A DNA stretch of 32,000 nucleotides from Halogeometricum borinquense DSM 11551 (GCF_000172995.2 NC_014729.1:1530001-1562000), one strand, 5' to 3'; numbered from the stretch's first letter, positions 24,031 through 32,000 are shown. Program-made: numbers and translations. The notes: a model not told the origin generated them from the letters alone.

Positions 24031-25122
24031 ATGACCGCCGGGAGCGACGATACGCGGCCTGTGACCCTCGTCAGCGGAACGCTCGGTGCGGGAAAGACGA
24101 CGCTCGTCAATCGTATCCTCCAGAATCAAGCGGGCTACGACGTGGCCGTCCTCGTCAACGATATGGGCGAAATCAACGTGGACGCCGAGTTGGTCGCCGG
24201 GTCTACGGACGAGGACGTGATCGACCTCACGAACGGATGTATCTGCTGTCGCCTGCGGGACGACTTGACGGACGAGGTGGTCCGCCTCGCGGACGAACGC
24301 GCGTTCGACTGCTTGCTCGTCGAGGCGTCTGGAGTCAGCGAACCGTTCCCCATCGCCAAGACGTTCTTGGAGGAAGACGAGGTCACAGACCGCTACCGTC
24401 TCGATACGATGGTGTCGGTCCTCGACGCGTACGGCTTCTGGAAGGAGTTCGATCCCGAGACGACCCGCCCGGACGGGCGGCACCCCGGCGGCCGCGAACT
24501 CGCGAACGTACTCGTAGACCAAGTGGAGTTTTGCGACGTGCTGCTGTTGAACAAGTGTGACCTCGTCCCCGACGACGCCATCGATGAAGTGGAGGCGGTG
24601 GCACGGGAACTGCAACCGCGGGCGAGCCTATACCGGACGACGTACGCCGACGTGTCTCCCGAAACAGTTCTCGACACCGGGCTGTTTGACTTCGACGCGG
24701 TCAGACGCTCTGCGGGATGGAAACGACAGCTTGCAGGGGAGCACGAAGACAGCCACGACCGCGCTGATGGGGAAGGCGACCACGGTGTCTCGTCGTTCTG
24801 CTACGAATCGACCCGCCCGTTCCATCCCGAACGGTTCAACACCTGGATAGATGAGTGGCCCTCGGGCGTCTACCGCGCGAAGGGCTTTTTCCTTCTCCCC
24901 ACCCGTTCCGAGACGGTGATGGGGTTGAACCGCGCGGGGCCGTCGGTCACGGCTGGACCCATCGGCGAATGGCGGGCGGACGACGAACCGGCGACGCGAC
25001 TCGTATTCATCGGAACTGACGTAGACGAGGCGGCGATTCGAGAACAGTTAGCCGACTGTCTTCTCACCGATGAGGAGATGGCCGACGCTGACGCGTTCAG
25101 CGACCCGTTTCCGACGGCGTGA
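24031..25122 (+). CDS. COG0523 (CobW/ZigA/YjiA-like) metallochaperone GTPase
   Basis: Track ORF 23899..25122 trimmed to ATG 24031 (MTAGSDDTRPVTLVSGTLGAGKTT = Walker A). CICC (CxCC metal motif), LVEASGVSEP, NKCD, a His/Asp-rich linker (EHEDSHDRADGEGDHG) and a CobW C-terminal domain. Confidence 0.9.
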   Translation: MTAGSDDTRPVTLVSGTLGAGKTTLVNRILQNQAGYDVAVLVNDMGEINVDAELVAGSTDEDVIDLTNGCICCRLRDDLTDEVVRLADERAFDCLLVEASGVSEPFPIAKTFLEEDEVTDRYRLDTMVSVLDAYGFWKEFDPETTRPDGRHPGGRELANVLVDQVEFCDVLLLNKCDLVPDDAIDEVEAVARELQPRASLYRTTYADVSPETVLDTGLFDFDAVRRSAGWKRQLAGEHEDSHDRADGEGDHGVSSFCYESTRPFHPERFNTWIDEWPSGVYRAKGFFLLPTRSETVMGLNRAGPSVTAGPIGEWRADDEPATRLVFIGTDVDEAAIREQLADCLLTDEEMADADAFSDPFPTA

Positions 25123-25264
25123 CCTGTTCTCTGAGTTCGTCCCACTCCGCTTCGAACCCGTAATTCGACTCTCTGTCGGCCGCGGCCGCCTGCGCCGACT
25201 GATACACGTCGTCGTATTCGAGTAACTTGTGCCACCCCTCGTTCATCATACAGTACAGACACAT
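25097..25264 (-). CDS. small acidic ORF (55 aa) with N-terminal CxxC
   Basis: Track ORF 25097..25285 begins at TTG. I prefer ATG 25264: MCLYCMMNEGWHKLLEYDDVYQSAQAAAADRESNYGFEAEWDELREQVTPSETGR. Acidic, fairly high GC3. The 3' end overlaps the convergent COG0523 gene by 26 nt. GTAAATT lies about 23 nt upstream on the minus strand. Confidence 0.4.
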   Translation of the reverse strand: MCLYCMMNEGWHKLLEYDDVYQSAQAAAADRESNYGFEAEWDELREQVTPSETGR

Positions 25265-25347
25265 GGTTGACTCGTACTGCTCCAATTTACATGGAAGTTA
25301 CTTATGGATTTCTAAGACATTTATCCAAACTCTGACAGTCATACCCG

Positions 25348-25358
25348 AAAATATATTA
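25348..25358 (+). promoter_or_regulatory. strong TATA box (AAATATATTAA) for the 51-aa ORF
   Basis: Centred about 28 nt upstream of ATG 25382, the canonical leaderless spacing. Lies in the AT-rich divergent spacer 25265-25381. Confidence 0.5.
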
Positions 25359-25381
25359 ATCAGCACCATTTGCTGCTGGTA

Positions 25382-25537
25382 ATGGCTGAACAGATAGTAT
25401 CAATGTACCGCGAAGTTGTCTCAGGAAAGTGTAACCACTGCGAGTGGAAAGCCATCGCCACGTCGTACCCCGAGATGGTCGAGATGTATCATGACCACCT
25501 CCGGGGCGACCATCCTGCGGCGTGGATGCGCGCCTGA
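25382..25537 (+). CDS. small ORF (51 aa) with C-x2-C ... H-x-H-x4-H pattern (putative zinc-finger micro-protein)
   Basis: Below the track cutoff. Manual translation: MAEQIVSMYREVVSGKCNHCEWKAIATSYPEMVEMYHDHLRGDHPAAWMRA (ATG 25382, TGA 25535-25537). Preceded by a well-placed TATA box. Confidence 0.5.
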   Translation: MAEQIVSMYREVVSGKCNHCEWKAIATSYPEMVEMYHDHLRGDHPAAWMRA

Positions 25538-25570
25538 GACGGCTGACGGAAAAACGTGAGGACGGTACAG

Positions 25571-26743
25571 TCAGGGTTCGAGGAGGACCTTGGTGACGCC
25601 CTCTTCACGTTTGTCGAACTTTTCGTACATCTCGGGGGCTTCTTCGAGTCCGACGCGATGTGAAACGACCCAACTCGGGTCCGCACGACCTTCGATGATG
25701 AGGTCGCGGAGCTCACGGTTGTGGTCTTTCACGTTGCACTGGCCCGTCCCGAGGCGTTGGCCCTTCTCGAACAGTTTTCCGAAGTCGATTCCGAGACGAC
25801 CCTCCGCGGCCATCTCGTCGGGCGCACCGGGGTCCGAGGGGACGTACAGACCGGGGATGCCGAGTTGGCCCGTCGGTCTGACGGTTCGGATGAGTTGGTT
25901 GAGGACGACTGCCGGGTTCTCGCGCGCCGGGTCGTACGGGTCGTCGTCGGCTTCTCGGGCCCGTTCGGGATCAACGGCCTGATAGCCGACCGCATCGACG
26001 CCTCGATCAACTTCGCCCCCGTGGGCGTCGGTTATCTGCTCGACGGGGTTCCCATCCTCGAAGTTGATCGCCGTCGCATCGCAGTGTTTTTCGGCCAGTT
26101 CGAGGCGACTCGGGACGCGGTCTACGACGAAAATCTCCGATGCTCCTTTTATTTTCGCGCTGTAGGCCGCCATCAGACCGACCGGTCCCGCGCCGTAGAT
26201 GGCGATGGACTCGCCTGGCTTGAGTCCCGCAAGCTCCGTTCCGTGCCATCCTGTCGGGAAGATGTCGGCCAGCAGGGCAAAGGAGTCCTCGTTTGCTCCT
26301 CCCTCCGGCAGTTTTAGTGCGTTGAAGTCTGCGTACGGGATTCGGAGTTTCTCGGCCTGTCCGCCTTTGTACGGACCCATGGCGACGTATCCGTACGCAC
26401 CGCCGGCGAATCCCGGATTCACGTTGGTACAGAACCCGGTGTACCCCTCCTCACAGTTCTTACAGAACCCGCAAGCGACGTTGAACGGTGCGACGATTCG
26501 ATCTCCCTCTTTCAGTGTACTTACACCCTCGCCGACTTCGGTCACCACGCCCATGTTTTCGTGACCGAAGACGATGCCCGGTTCCGCGGCGGTCCGTCCC
26601 TCGTACATGTGGAGGTCGGACCCGCAGATGGCTGTCGTCGTAATGTCGATAATTACGTCGTTCGGGTGTTCTAACTCCGGTTCGTCTACGTCTTCGACTG
26701 CTACCTCGTTCGGTCCTTGATATACTACGGCCTTCATTGACAT
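25571..26743 (-). CDS. zinc-dependent medium-chain dehydrogenase, glutathione-independent formaldehyde dehydrogenase (FdhA)-like
   Basis: 390 aa. ICGSDLHMYEGR and GHENMG (catalytic Zn), CGFCKNCEEGYTGFC (structural Zn), GAGPVGL (NAD). Long stretches resemble the Pseudomonas FdhA-type sequence as I remember it (FNVACG.C..C, GGAYGYV.MG...GGQAE, IGIPGLYV..DPGA). Confidence 0.88.
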   Translation of the reverse strand: MSMKAVVYQGPNEVAVEDVDEPELEHPNDVIIDITTTAICGSDLHMYEGRTAAEPGIVFGHENMGVVTEVGEGVSTLKEGDRIVAPFNVACGFCKNCEEGYTGFCTNVNPGFAGGAYGYVAMGPYKGGQAEKLRIPYADFNALKLPEGGANEDSFALLADIFPTGWHGTELAGLKPGESIAIYGAGPVGLMAAYSAKIKGASEIFVVDRVPSRLELAEKHCDATAINFEDGNPVEQITDAHGGEVDRGVDAVGYQAVDPERAREADDDPYDPARENPAVVLNQLIRTVRPTGQLGIPGLYVPSDPGAPDEMAAEGRLGIDFGKLFEKGQRLGTGQCNVKDHNRELRDLIIEGRADPSWVVSHRVGLEEAPEMYEKFDKREEGVTKVLLEP

Positions 26744-26965
26744 GTGTTGCCACCACTCATGAATCGGGAGCAGTTCCTATTATGTCATTTTGTCCTCGAA
26801 GGTGACTGTCAGGACAACTGCTTTCACCGAATAGACTGAAACTACTCTGGTTGTACCTCTTGTTTGTGGCTGGCTCGGTCGGCGTGGCGGGGTATCTACG
26901 ACGACACGAGACGTCGCCCACCGCGGGACGACGAAACTTTCACGCGGGCGTCCCTCGCTTCGAAT

Positions 26966-27703
26966 GTGACATCCGACGCCCCGCCGACGCGGGTGGCTGA
27001 CCCCGCCGTCGTCGGCGATCTCGTCGCCCGCGACCGGCGAACGTCTGCGCCCGCTCTCCGTGCCGACGCCTCCGGCCGTTCGTACAGTTACTACGACTTC
27101 GTGACGACCTCGTACAAAGCGGGGAACGTCCTCCGCTACCTCGGCGTCCGGGGTGGCGATGAGGTGGCTGTCGCGCCCGATTTTCTGCCGGAACCGCTGT
27201 TGACGTTCTACGGTGCGGCGCAGTTGGGTGCCGTCACCGTCTTCGACGCGGACATCTCGTCGCTGCCGCGCGCGACGGTGGTCGGCGTCGAACGGGAATC
27301 GGAGTTCGACTTGCCGCCCGGACACAAACTCGCCGTCTACGGTGGCGCACCCGAACGTCCGGACACGACTCACTGGGAGAAAGAAGTGTGGAGTGAGAAT
27401 CCCGCGGTCCATCCCGCCGACGTGTCGCCCGCCGACACGGTGCTTCGGGCCGACGGACAGACGTACACGCACGCAGACCTCCTCGATGCGGCCGTCGCTG
27501 TCGTGGACGAATACGGGATCGGCGTCGGCGACGAGGTGGTCGTTCGCGACTCGTTCGCTCGTCCGAGCGTGGTCGTCTCGGGTCTCCTCGCGCCGATATT
27601 GGCCGGTTCTGTGCTTGTCTTCCCCGATGAGGAGACGGTGGGTGACGTGGCCGTCGGTGAGGGACCCGAAGAACGCCGAGTTGACCTTGCGGGCGTTTTG
27701 TAG
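26966..27703 (+). CDS. truncated ANL-superfamily (acyl-CoA synthetase N-domain-like) protein lacking the AMP-binding P-loop
   Basis: Track ORF 26864..27703. I prefer the in-frame GTG at 26966 ((M)TSDAPPTRVADP...) because the upstream 34 codons are basic and non-halophilic. SYSYYDFVTTSYKAGNVLRYLGVRGGDEVAV...PEPLLTFYGAAQLGAVTV follows the N-terminal pattern of adenylate-forming enzymes. The (T/S)SG(T/S)TGxPKG position reads PADTVLRADGQTY, and the protein ends before motifs A5-A10. Confidence 0.6.
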   Translation: MTSDAPPTRVADPAVVGDLVARDRRTSAPALRADASGRSYSYYDFVTTSYKAGNVLRYLGVRGGDEVAVAPDFLPEPLLTFYGAAQLGAVTVFDADISSLPRATVVGVERESEFDLPPGHKLAVYGGAPERPDTTHWEKEVWSENPAVHPADVSPADTVLRADGQTYTHADLLDAAVAVVDEYGIGVGDEVVVRDSFARPSVVVSGLLAPILAGSVLVFPDEETVGDVAVGEGPEERRVDLAGVL

Positions 27704-27727
27704 TCGAAGCCGTAACGTGCAGACGGG

Positions 27728-28783
27728 TTAGGCCTCGAACACTACTGGCGCGCCCGGTCTGACATCCACGCGGAGTTCGTCGCCACGCTCGATGTTTCCA
27801 CGTCGGCCCTGCGTGACGACCGACAGCGGCGGCAAGTCGTTGGCGGATTCGATGACGTAGTTCGTCTGGTCGCCCTGGAAGTACCGCTCGACGACCGTTC
27901 CGCTGATGTCTCCGTCGTCGGCCACGATGAGATCTTCGGGGCGGATGGATACGTCTACTGCTCCGTTTACTTCGGTGTCGGCTTCGAGGACCATGCCGTT
28001 CTCGCCGCCGAGTTCGACGACGCAACTGCCGTTTCTCCGCTGTGCTTCGCCGTGGAGCATGTTCGTATCGCCGATGAAGTCCGCGACGAACGAAGTCGCT
28101 GGATTGCGATATATCTCCTCGGGCGTCCCGATCTGCTCGATGCGGCCGTTGTTCATGACTGCGACGCGGTCCGAGAGCGTCATCGCTACCTCCTGATCGT
28201 GTGTGACGTAGAAGAACGCCCCCTGGACCTTCTCGTGTATCTTGCGCAGTTCGACCTGCATCTGTTTACGGAGTTTTCTGTCGAGTGCCGACAGGGGTTC
28301 ATCGAGGAGCAACACCTTCGGTTCGTTCACGAGAGCGCGTGCAATGGCGACGCGTTGCTGCTGGCCGCCGGAAATCTCCGTCGGGTCGCGGTCTGCGAAC
28401 CCTTCGAGATCCACCAGTTCGAGAAAGTTGCGGACCCGTTCGCTTCGCTCTCCGGCGTCCACGCCCGCCTTTTTGAGTCCGTATCCCACGTTCTCGCCGA
28501 CCGTCATATGCGGGAACAACGAGAGATGCTGGAAGACGAGATTCGTGTCGCGCGCTTCCGGCGGCACGTCAACCATCGAACGCCCGTCGATGCGGACATC
28601 TCCCTTTGTGGGCGTCTCGAACCCGCTTATCATCCGAAGCGTGGTCGTCTTCCCACACCCAGAGGGACCGACAAGCGAGAAGAACTCGCCGCGTCGCACG
28701 GAGAAATCCACTCGGTCAACTGCCGTCACGTCTCCGAACTCCTTCCGAACACTGTCGAGTTCGACCAACGATTCGTCTGACAT
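27728..28783 (-). CDS. ABC transporter ATP-binding protein (PotA/CysA-like importer ATPase)
   Basis: GPSGCGKTT (Walker A), ISGGQQQRVAIARAL (signature), LLLDEPLSALD (Walker B) and a C-terminal TOBE-like regulatory domain. Confidence 0.92.
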   Translation of the reverse strand: MSDESLVELDSVRKEFGDVTAVDRVDFSVRRGEFFSLVGPSGCGKTTTLRMISGFETPTKGDVRIDGRSMVDVPPEARDTNLVFQHLSLFPHMTVGENVGYGLKKAGVDAGERSERVRNFLELVDLEGFADRDPTEISGGQQQRVAIARALVNEPKVLLLDEPLSALDRKLRKQMQVELRKIHEKVQGAFFYVTHDQEVAMTLSDRVAVMNNGRIEQIGTPEEIYRNPATSFVADFIGDTNMLHGEAQRRNGSCVVELGGENGMVLEADTEVNGAVDVSIRPEDLIVADDGDISGTVVERYFQGDQTNYVIESANDLPPLSVVTQGRRGNIERGDELRVDVRPGAPVVFEA

Positions 28784-28951
28784 CTTCGACAGCGTTTCGT
28801 GCCAACACTCATCAATGTTGTGGGGCCAGACCCCACGTATTTCGAATCTCTCTTCGATAGCTCGATTTCCCTCCGACTCACTGCCCGAATCGGGTTACAT
28901 CCTGCAAGGTGGCGTTGGATTTATATGTAGTTCCTGTAATCGTGAGAGCAG

Positions 28952-30112
28952 GTGTCAGGAATCATGGTCAATGAAAACACGGATGATTGCTCGCAGTCGT
29001 CAAGTACCACCCGTCGTGCGTTCCTCACCGCGGCAGGAGCGGCTGGCGTCACGGGAACTGCAGGCTGTCTCGGTGGTATCACCGGGTCCGGTGGCGGTTC
29101 CGCGACGACGCTCGAAGTCCTGACGTGGGAGGAGTACGCTGAACTCAAAGAGGACATCGAGAGCCGACTCGACGTCACGGTCAACTTCACGAAATCCACT
29201 TCCTCTTCGAAGATGTTCTCGGGGTGGAAGTCGGGGCAGGACGCACAGTACGATATCGCCGTCCCGAACAACAACTACGTCCCGAAGATGGTGGATGCGG
29301 ACCTCGTCGCTCCCGTTCCGAGCGACGCCGTGTCGAACTACGACTCGACGTACGACAAGTTCCAGTCGTTCGCTGAGTCACAGTTTACGAAAGACGGCAC
29401 GATGTACGGGGTGCCGATCCGCTTCGGTTGGTACGGTTACTCCTACGACTCGCGGAAGATACCGACCGACCACGAGAAGTCGTACGACGTGCTGTTCAGC
29501 GATTCCTACGAGGGAACGGATCTGTCGGGGCAGATCATCATGTACGACAACCACTTCAAGGCGATGAGCGCGGCGGCGCTCTACCTCGGCTACCGCGACG
29601 CCTTCACGGGGAGCAAAATAACGCTGTCTGAAAAACAGATCGACGAGGTAAAACAGACGATGAAAGAGCAGAAGTCGCTCTTGCAGGGCTATATCGCCGC
29701 CGACCCGACGTACATCAAGTCGTTCAAGCAGGGAAACTTCGTCATCGGGCAGTCCGGCCGTAACGAGATCGTCGAGATGAAAGCCAACGGGACGGACTGG
29801 GCGGAGATGGCTGCTCCCAAAGAAGGCTCTCTCGCGTGGTTCGAGTCCGCCGTCGTCTCGAAGAAATCCGACAACAAGGACATGGCGTGGAAGGTCATCA
29901 ACGAGTTCATCGCACCCAAACTCGGTGCGAAACTCGGAAAGGTCGGCTACTCGCCGAGCGTCAACCCGAAGATTCAGGAACATCTCTCGGACTCGGAAAA
30001 CGAGATGTTCGGCCGCATCGATCCGTCCCGTCTCGATTCGATGATTCCGTTCAAAGCCGTCGAGAACGAGGACAAGTGGCTGACCGCGTGGGAAGAGATC
30101 AAATCGGCCTGA
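28952..30112 (+). CDS. ABC transporter substrate-binding lipoprotein (PotD/PotF-like, family 1 solute-binding protein)
   Basis: TTRRAFLTAAGAAGVTGTAGC Tat signal plus lipobox, and a PotD-like body. Start is either GTG 28952 (TTTATAT box about 29 nt upstream) or ATG 28964. Confidence 0.85.
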   Translation: MSGIMVNENTDDCSQSSSTTRRAFLTAAGAAGVTGTAGCLGGITGSGGGSATTLEVLTWEEYAELKEDIESRLDVTVNFTKSTSSSKMFSGWKSGQDAQYDIAVPNNNYVPKMVDADLVAPVPSDAVSNYDSTYDKFQSFAESQFTKDGTMYGVPIRFGWYGYSYDSRKIPTDHEKSYDVLFSDSYEGTDLSGQIIMYDNHFKAMSAAALYLGYRDAFTGSKITLSEKQIDEVKQTMKEQKSLLQGYIAADPTYIKSFKQGNFVIGQSGRNEIVEMKANGTDWAEMAAPKEGSLAWFESAVVSKKSDNKDMAWKVINEFIAPKLGAKLGKVGYSPSVNPKIQEHLSDSENEMFGRIDPSRLDSMIPFKAVENEDKWLTAWEEIKSA

Positions 30113-30118
30113 CGACAG

Positions 30119-31045
30119 ATGTCCACGACATACGACCGCGACGGGGTTCGTGAACGACTCCTTCGTGCCGTCTCCTCCCGGCGAGCCAATCTCGGCGTCA
30201 GCGCCGGACCGGCACTGGCGTGGCTGTTCTTCCTGCTTCTCGCGCCGTTGACGTTTATGGTGACGGTCAGCTTCATGACCGTAAACGAGTCGTACGCCAT
30301 CGTCTGGGAACCCACGCTCGCAAACTACAGCGCGTTATTGAGTGGCGACGGGGCGTTCTGGCAGACGTCGTTCTTCAAGTCGCTGCTGTTGTCGTACTTC
30401 ATCGCGGCGGTGACGACGGTTCTCTGTCTCACTCTCGCGCTCCCCCTCGCGTATCTGTTGGCCCGGCGCGGCGGACGGACGTTCAAGGTGGTCATCTTCC
30501 TCGTCCTCCTGCCGTTCTTCACGATGTACCTCGTTCGGGCGTACTCGTGGTTCCTGATGTTCGGCCCCAGCGGCGTCATCAACGACACGCTGTTGACTAT
30601 CGGCGTCGTCTCCGAACCGCTCGGCCTGTTCAACTTCGGCGTCCCCGCGATAATCGTCGGGTTGACGCACGCGTACTTCCCGTACATGCTCCTCTCGCTG
30701 TACGCCAGCCTCGACGGCGTGGATTTCTCGCTCGTTGAGGCGTCGCGTGACCTCGGTGCGGGTCGGTTCGAGGCGTTCAAAGACGTGGTTTTGCCGCTCA
30801 TCCTGCCGGGGATGATAAGCGGTAGTCTGTTCGTCTTCGTTCCCTCTCTCGGGGCGTTCATCACGCCACGCTTCCTCGGACAGGGGAAAGTATTGATGAT
30901 CGGACAGCTCATCGAGAGCCGAATCAACTCGCTGTACGCCATCGGTTACGGGAGTGCCGCGTCGATGTTCATTATCGTCAGCATCGTCGTCGCGTTCGCA
31001 CTCGCGTTCCGCTACGTCAGCATCGAAGAGTTAGGAGGTGCCTGA
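30119..31045 (+). CDS. ABC transporter permease (PotB-like)
   Basis: Six TM segments. EAA-loop-like EASRDLGAGRFEAFKDVVLPL. Starts 6 nt after the binding-protein stop. Confidence 0.9.
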   Translation: MSTTYDRDGVRERLLRAVSSRRANLGVSAGPALAWLFFLLLAPLTFMVTVSFMTVNESYAIVWEPTLANYSALLSGDGAFWQTSFFKSLLLSYFIAAVTTVLCLTLALPLAYLLARRGGRTFKVVIFLVLLPFFTMYLVRAYSWFLMFGPSGVINDTLLTIGVVSEPLGLFNFGVPAIIVGLTHAYFPYMLLSLYASLDGVDFSLVEASRDLGAGRFEAFKDVVLPLILPGMISGSLFVFVPSLGAFITPRFLGQGKVLMIGQLIESRINSLYAIGYGSAASMFIIVSIVVAFALAFRYVSIEELGGA

Positions 31046-31046
31046 G

Positions 31047-31943
31047 ATGGCGGCCGAATCCGAGTCTGAGACGGCCGCTGGTGCGCGGACAGATACCGAC
31101 GTTCGGTCACCGTCCCGTCTCGGCTACGAGAGCAGGGAGCGACTGCTGAAATACGGTCTCTACGGGGCCGCGGCCGCACTGCTCGTGTTCCTCTGGGTAC
31201 CGCTCTTGGTGATGATGTTCCTCTCGGTCGCCCAGAACGCCTCGACGCTGTTCCCCTTCGAGGGCTTCACGCTCTCGCACTACGCGGCAACGTTTGCAGA
31301 CACCGCGTTGATGGGGAGTCTATGGACGAGCGTTCAGATTGCGACCGTGTCCGCGATTATCGCCACCGTCCTCGGCGTCGCGGCGAGTTTCGCCCTCGCT
31401 CGGCACGACTTCCCGCTGAAGGAGGTGTACCGAACGTCTGCCATCCTGCCGATGGTCGTTCCCGGCATCATCCTCGGCATCGCGCTGCTCATCTTCTATC
31501 AGACGGTGCTCGGATTCACGATGGGGTTCGGAACCATCGTCCTCACGCACAGCGTCTACGGGTTGCCGTTCGTCGTCCTCATCGTGACGGCGCGGTTGTA
31601 CTCGTTTGACGAATCGCTGGAGGAGGCGGCCCGCGACCTCGGCGCAGACCCGGTGGAGACGTTCCGCGACGTGACGCTTCCAATCGTCGCGCCCGCCGTC
31701 GGTGCGGGATTCCTGTTCGCGTGGATTCGCTCCTTCGAGGACTTCATCCGCGCGTTCTTCGTCCGTGGGACGACCGACGTACTCACCACGTCGATGTTCT
31801 CGATGATCAAGTACGGTACCGCGCCGAAGATGAACGCCATCTCGTCGTTCATCGTCTTCGTCATCGCTATCGTCCTCGCGGTGGCGATGAATCTCGGGAA
31901 CGTCACGGGTTACGTCGCCGGAACCGTAGACGAAGAAAACTGA
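31047..31943 (+). CDS. ABC transporter permease (PotC-like)
   Basis: EAARDLGADPVETFRDVTLPI EAA loop. ATG 31047 lies 1 nt after the PotB-like stop (TGA 31043-31045). GTG 31038 from the track is an alternative start. Confidence 0.9.
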   Translation: MAAESESETAAGARTDTDVRSPSRLGYESRERLLKYGLYGAAAALLVFLWVPLLVMMFLSVAQNASTLFPFEGFTLSHYAATFADTALMGSLWTSVQIATVSAIIATVLGVAASFALARHDFPLKEVYRTSAILPMVVPGIILGIALLIFYQTVLGFTMGFGTIVLTHSVYGLPFVVLIVTARLYSFDESLEEAARDLGADPVETFRDVTLPIVAPAVGAGFLFAWIRSFEDFIRAFFVRGTTDVLTTSMFSMIKYGTAPKMNAISSFIVFVIAIVLAVAMNLGNVTGYVAGTVDEEN

Positions 31944-31975
31944 CGGGGCTTCCTCGCGCGGGACCCGACCGCTGA

Positions 31976-31980
31976 TTTTT
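31976..31980 (+). terminator. oligo-T run after the ABC operon
   Basis: GCTGATTTTTCG lies about 30 nt downstream of the last permease stop. Confidence 0.3.
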
Positions 31981-32000
31981 CGTTCTACCGCGCGTCTCGA

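Noticed and set aside
25244-25250. ATGATGA (C-box-like) on the minus strand as a possible C/D box sRNA
   Set aside because: There is no CUGA D or D' box at appropriate spacing downstream. The heptamer is simply the Met-Met-Asn codons of the small ORF. Other TGATGA occurrences (12378, 18170, 31211) lie inside well-supported CDSs.
26864-26965. Upstream ATG start (26864) for the ANL-like gene
   Set aside because: The first 34 codons (MWLARSAWRGIYDDTRRRPPRDDETFTRASLASN) are basic with low third-position GC, and they lie in the lower-GC promoter spacer. GTG 26966 gives an acidic N-terminus. The start remains uncertain without homologues.

Overview
GC-rich archaeal chromosome segment of clearly haloarchaeal character: strongly acidic predicted proteins, twin-arginine/lipobox signal peptides, A/T-rich TATA-like boxes 25-30 nt upstream of many start codons (leaderless style), and many spurious long antisense ORFs caused by high GC. 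I support about 34 tightly packed protein genes on both strands. They fall into these groups: (1) DNA damage: SRAP/YedK-like abasic-site peptidase, RNase H-fold exonuclease, XPB helicase and its Bax1 nuclease partner. (2) Envelope and cell shape: GT2 glycosyltransferase, DUF3179 and DUF4349 lipoproteins, a two-lobed bactofilin-like protein. (3) Translation and RNA: YchF-type GTPase, NOL1/NOP2/Sun m5C methyltransferase plus a separate PUA-like ORF. (4) Proteostasis: PAC2 chaperone, grpE, a hydrolase, dnaK, dnaJ, M48 protease. (5) Metal-flavoured block: cupin, COG0523 GTPase, two small Cys/His ORFs absent from the track, Zn-dependent formaldehyde-dehydrogenase-like ADH. (6) A truncated ANL-like protein and a divergent PotABCD-type ABC importer. 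No rRNA, tRNA, CRISPR array, transposase or integrase was recognised. I do not see an unmistakable new multi-gene system; most of the window looks like ordinary core genome. The items most worth a second look are: the AT-rich, gene-poor left 1.6 kb (probable edge of foreign or decaying DNA); an almost adenine-free 150-nt pyrimidine-rich tract with a (CTGTTC)5 microsatellite in the promoter region that separates xpb from bax1; back-to-back hairpins and two small Cys/His ORFs around the COG0523 gene; an 18-nt-period tandem repeat in the SRAP/exonuclease divergent promoter; and an XPB carrying R-P-D where the RED motif is expected. All family assignments come from motif recognition by eye. No searches or computations beyond manual translation were run.
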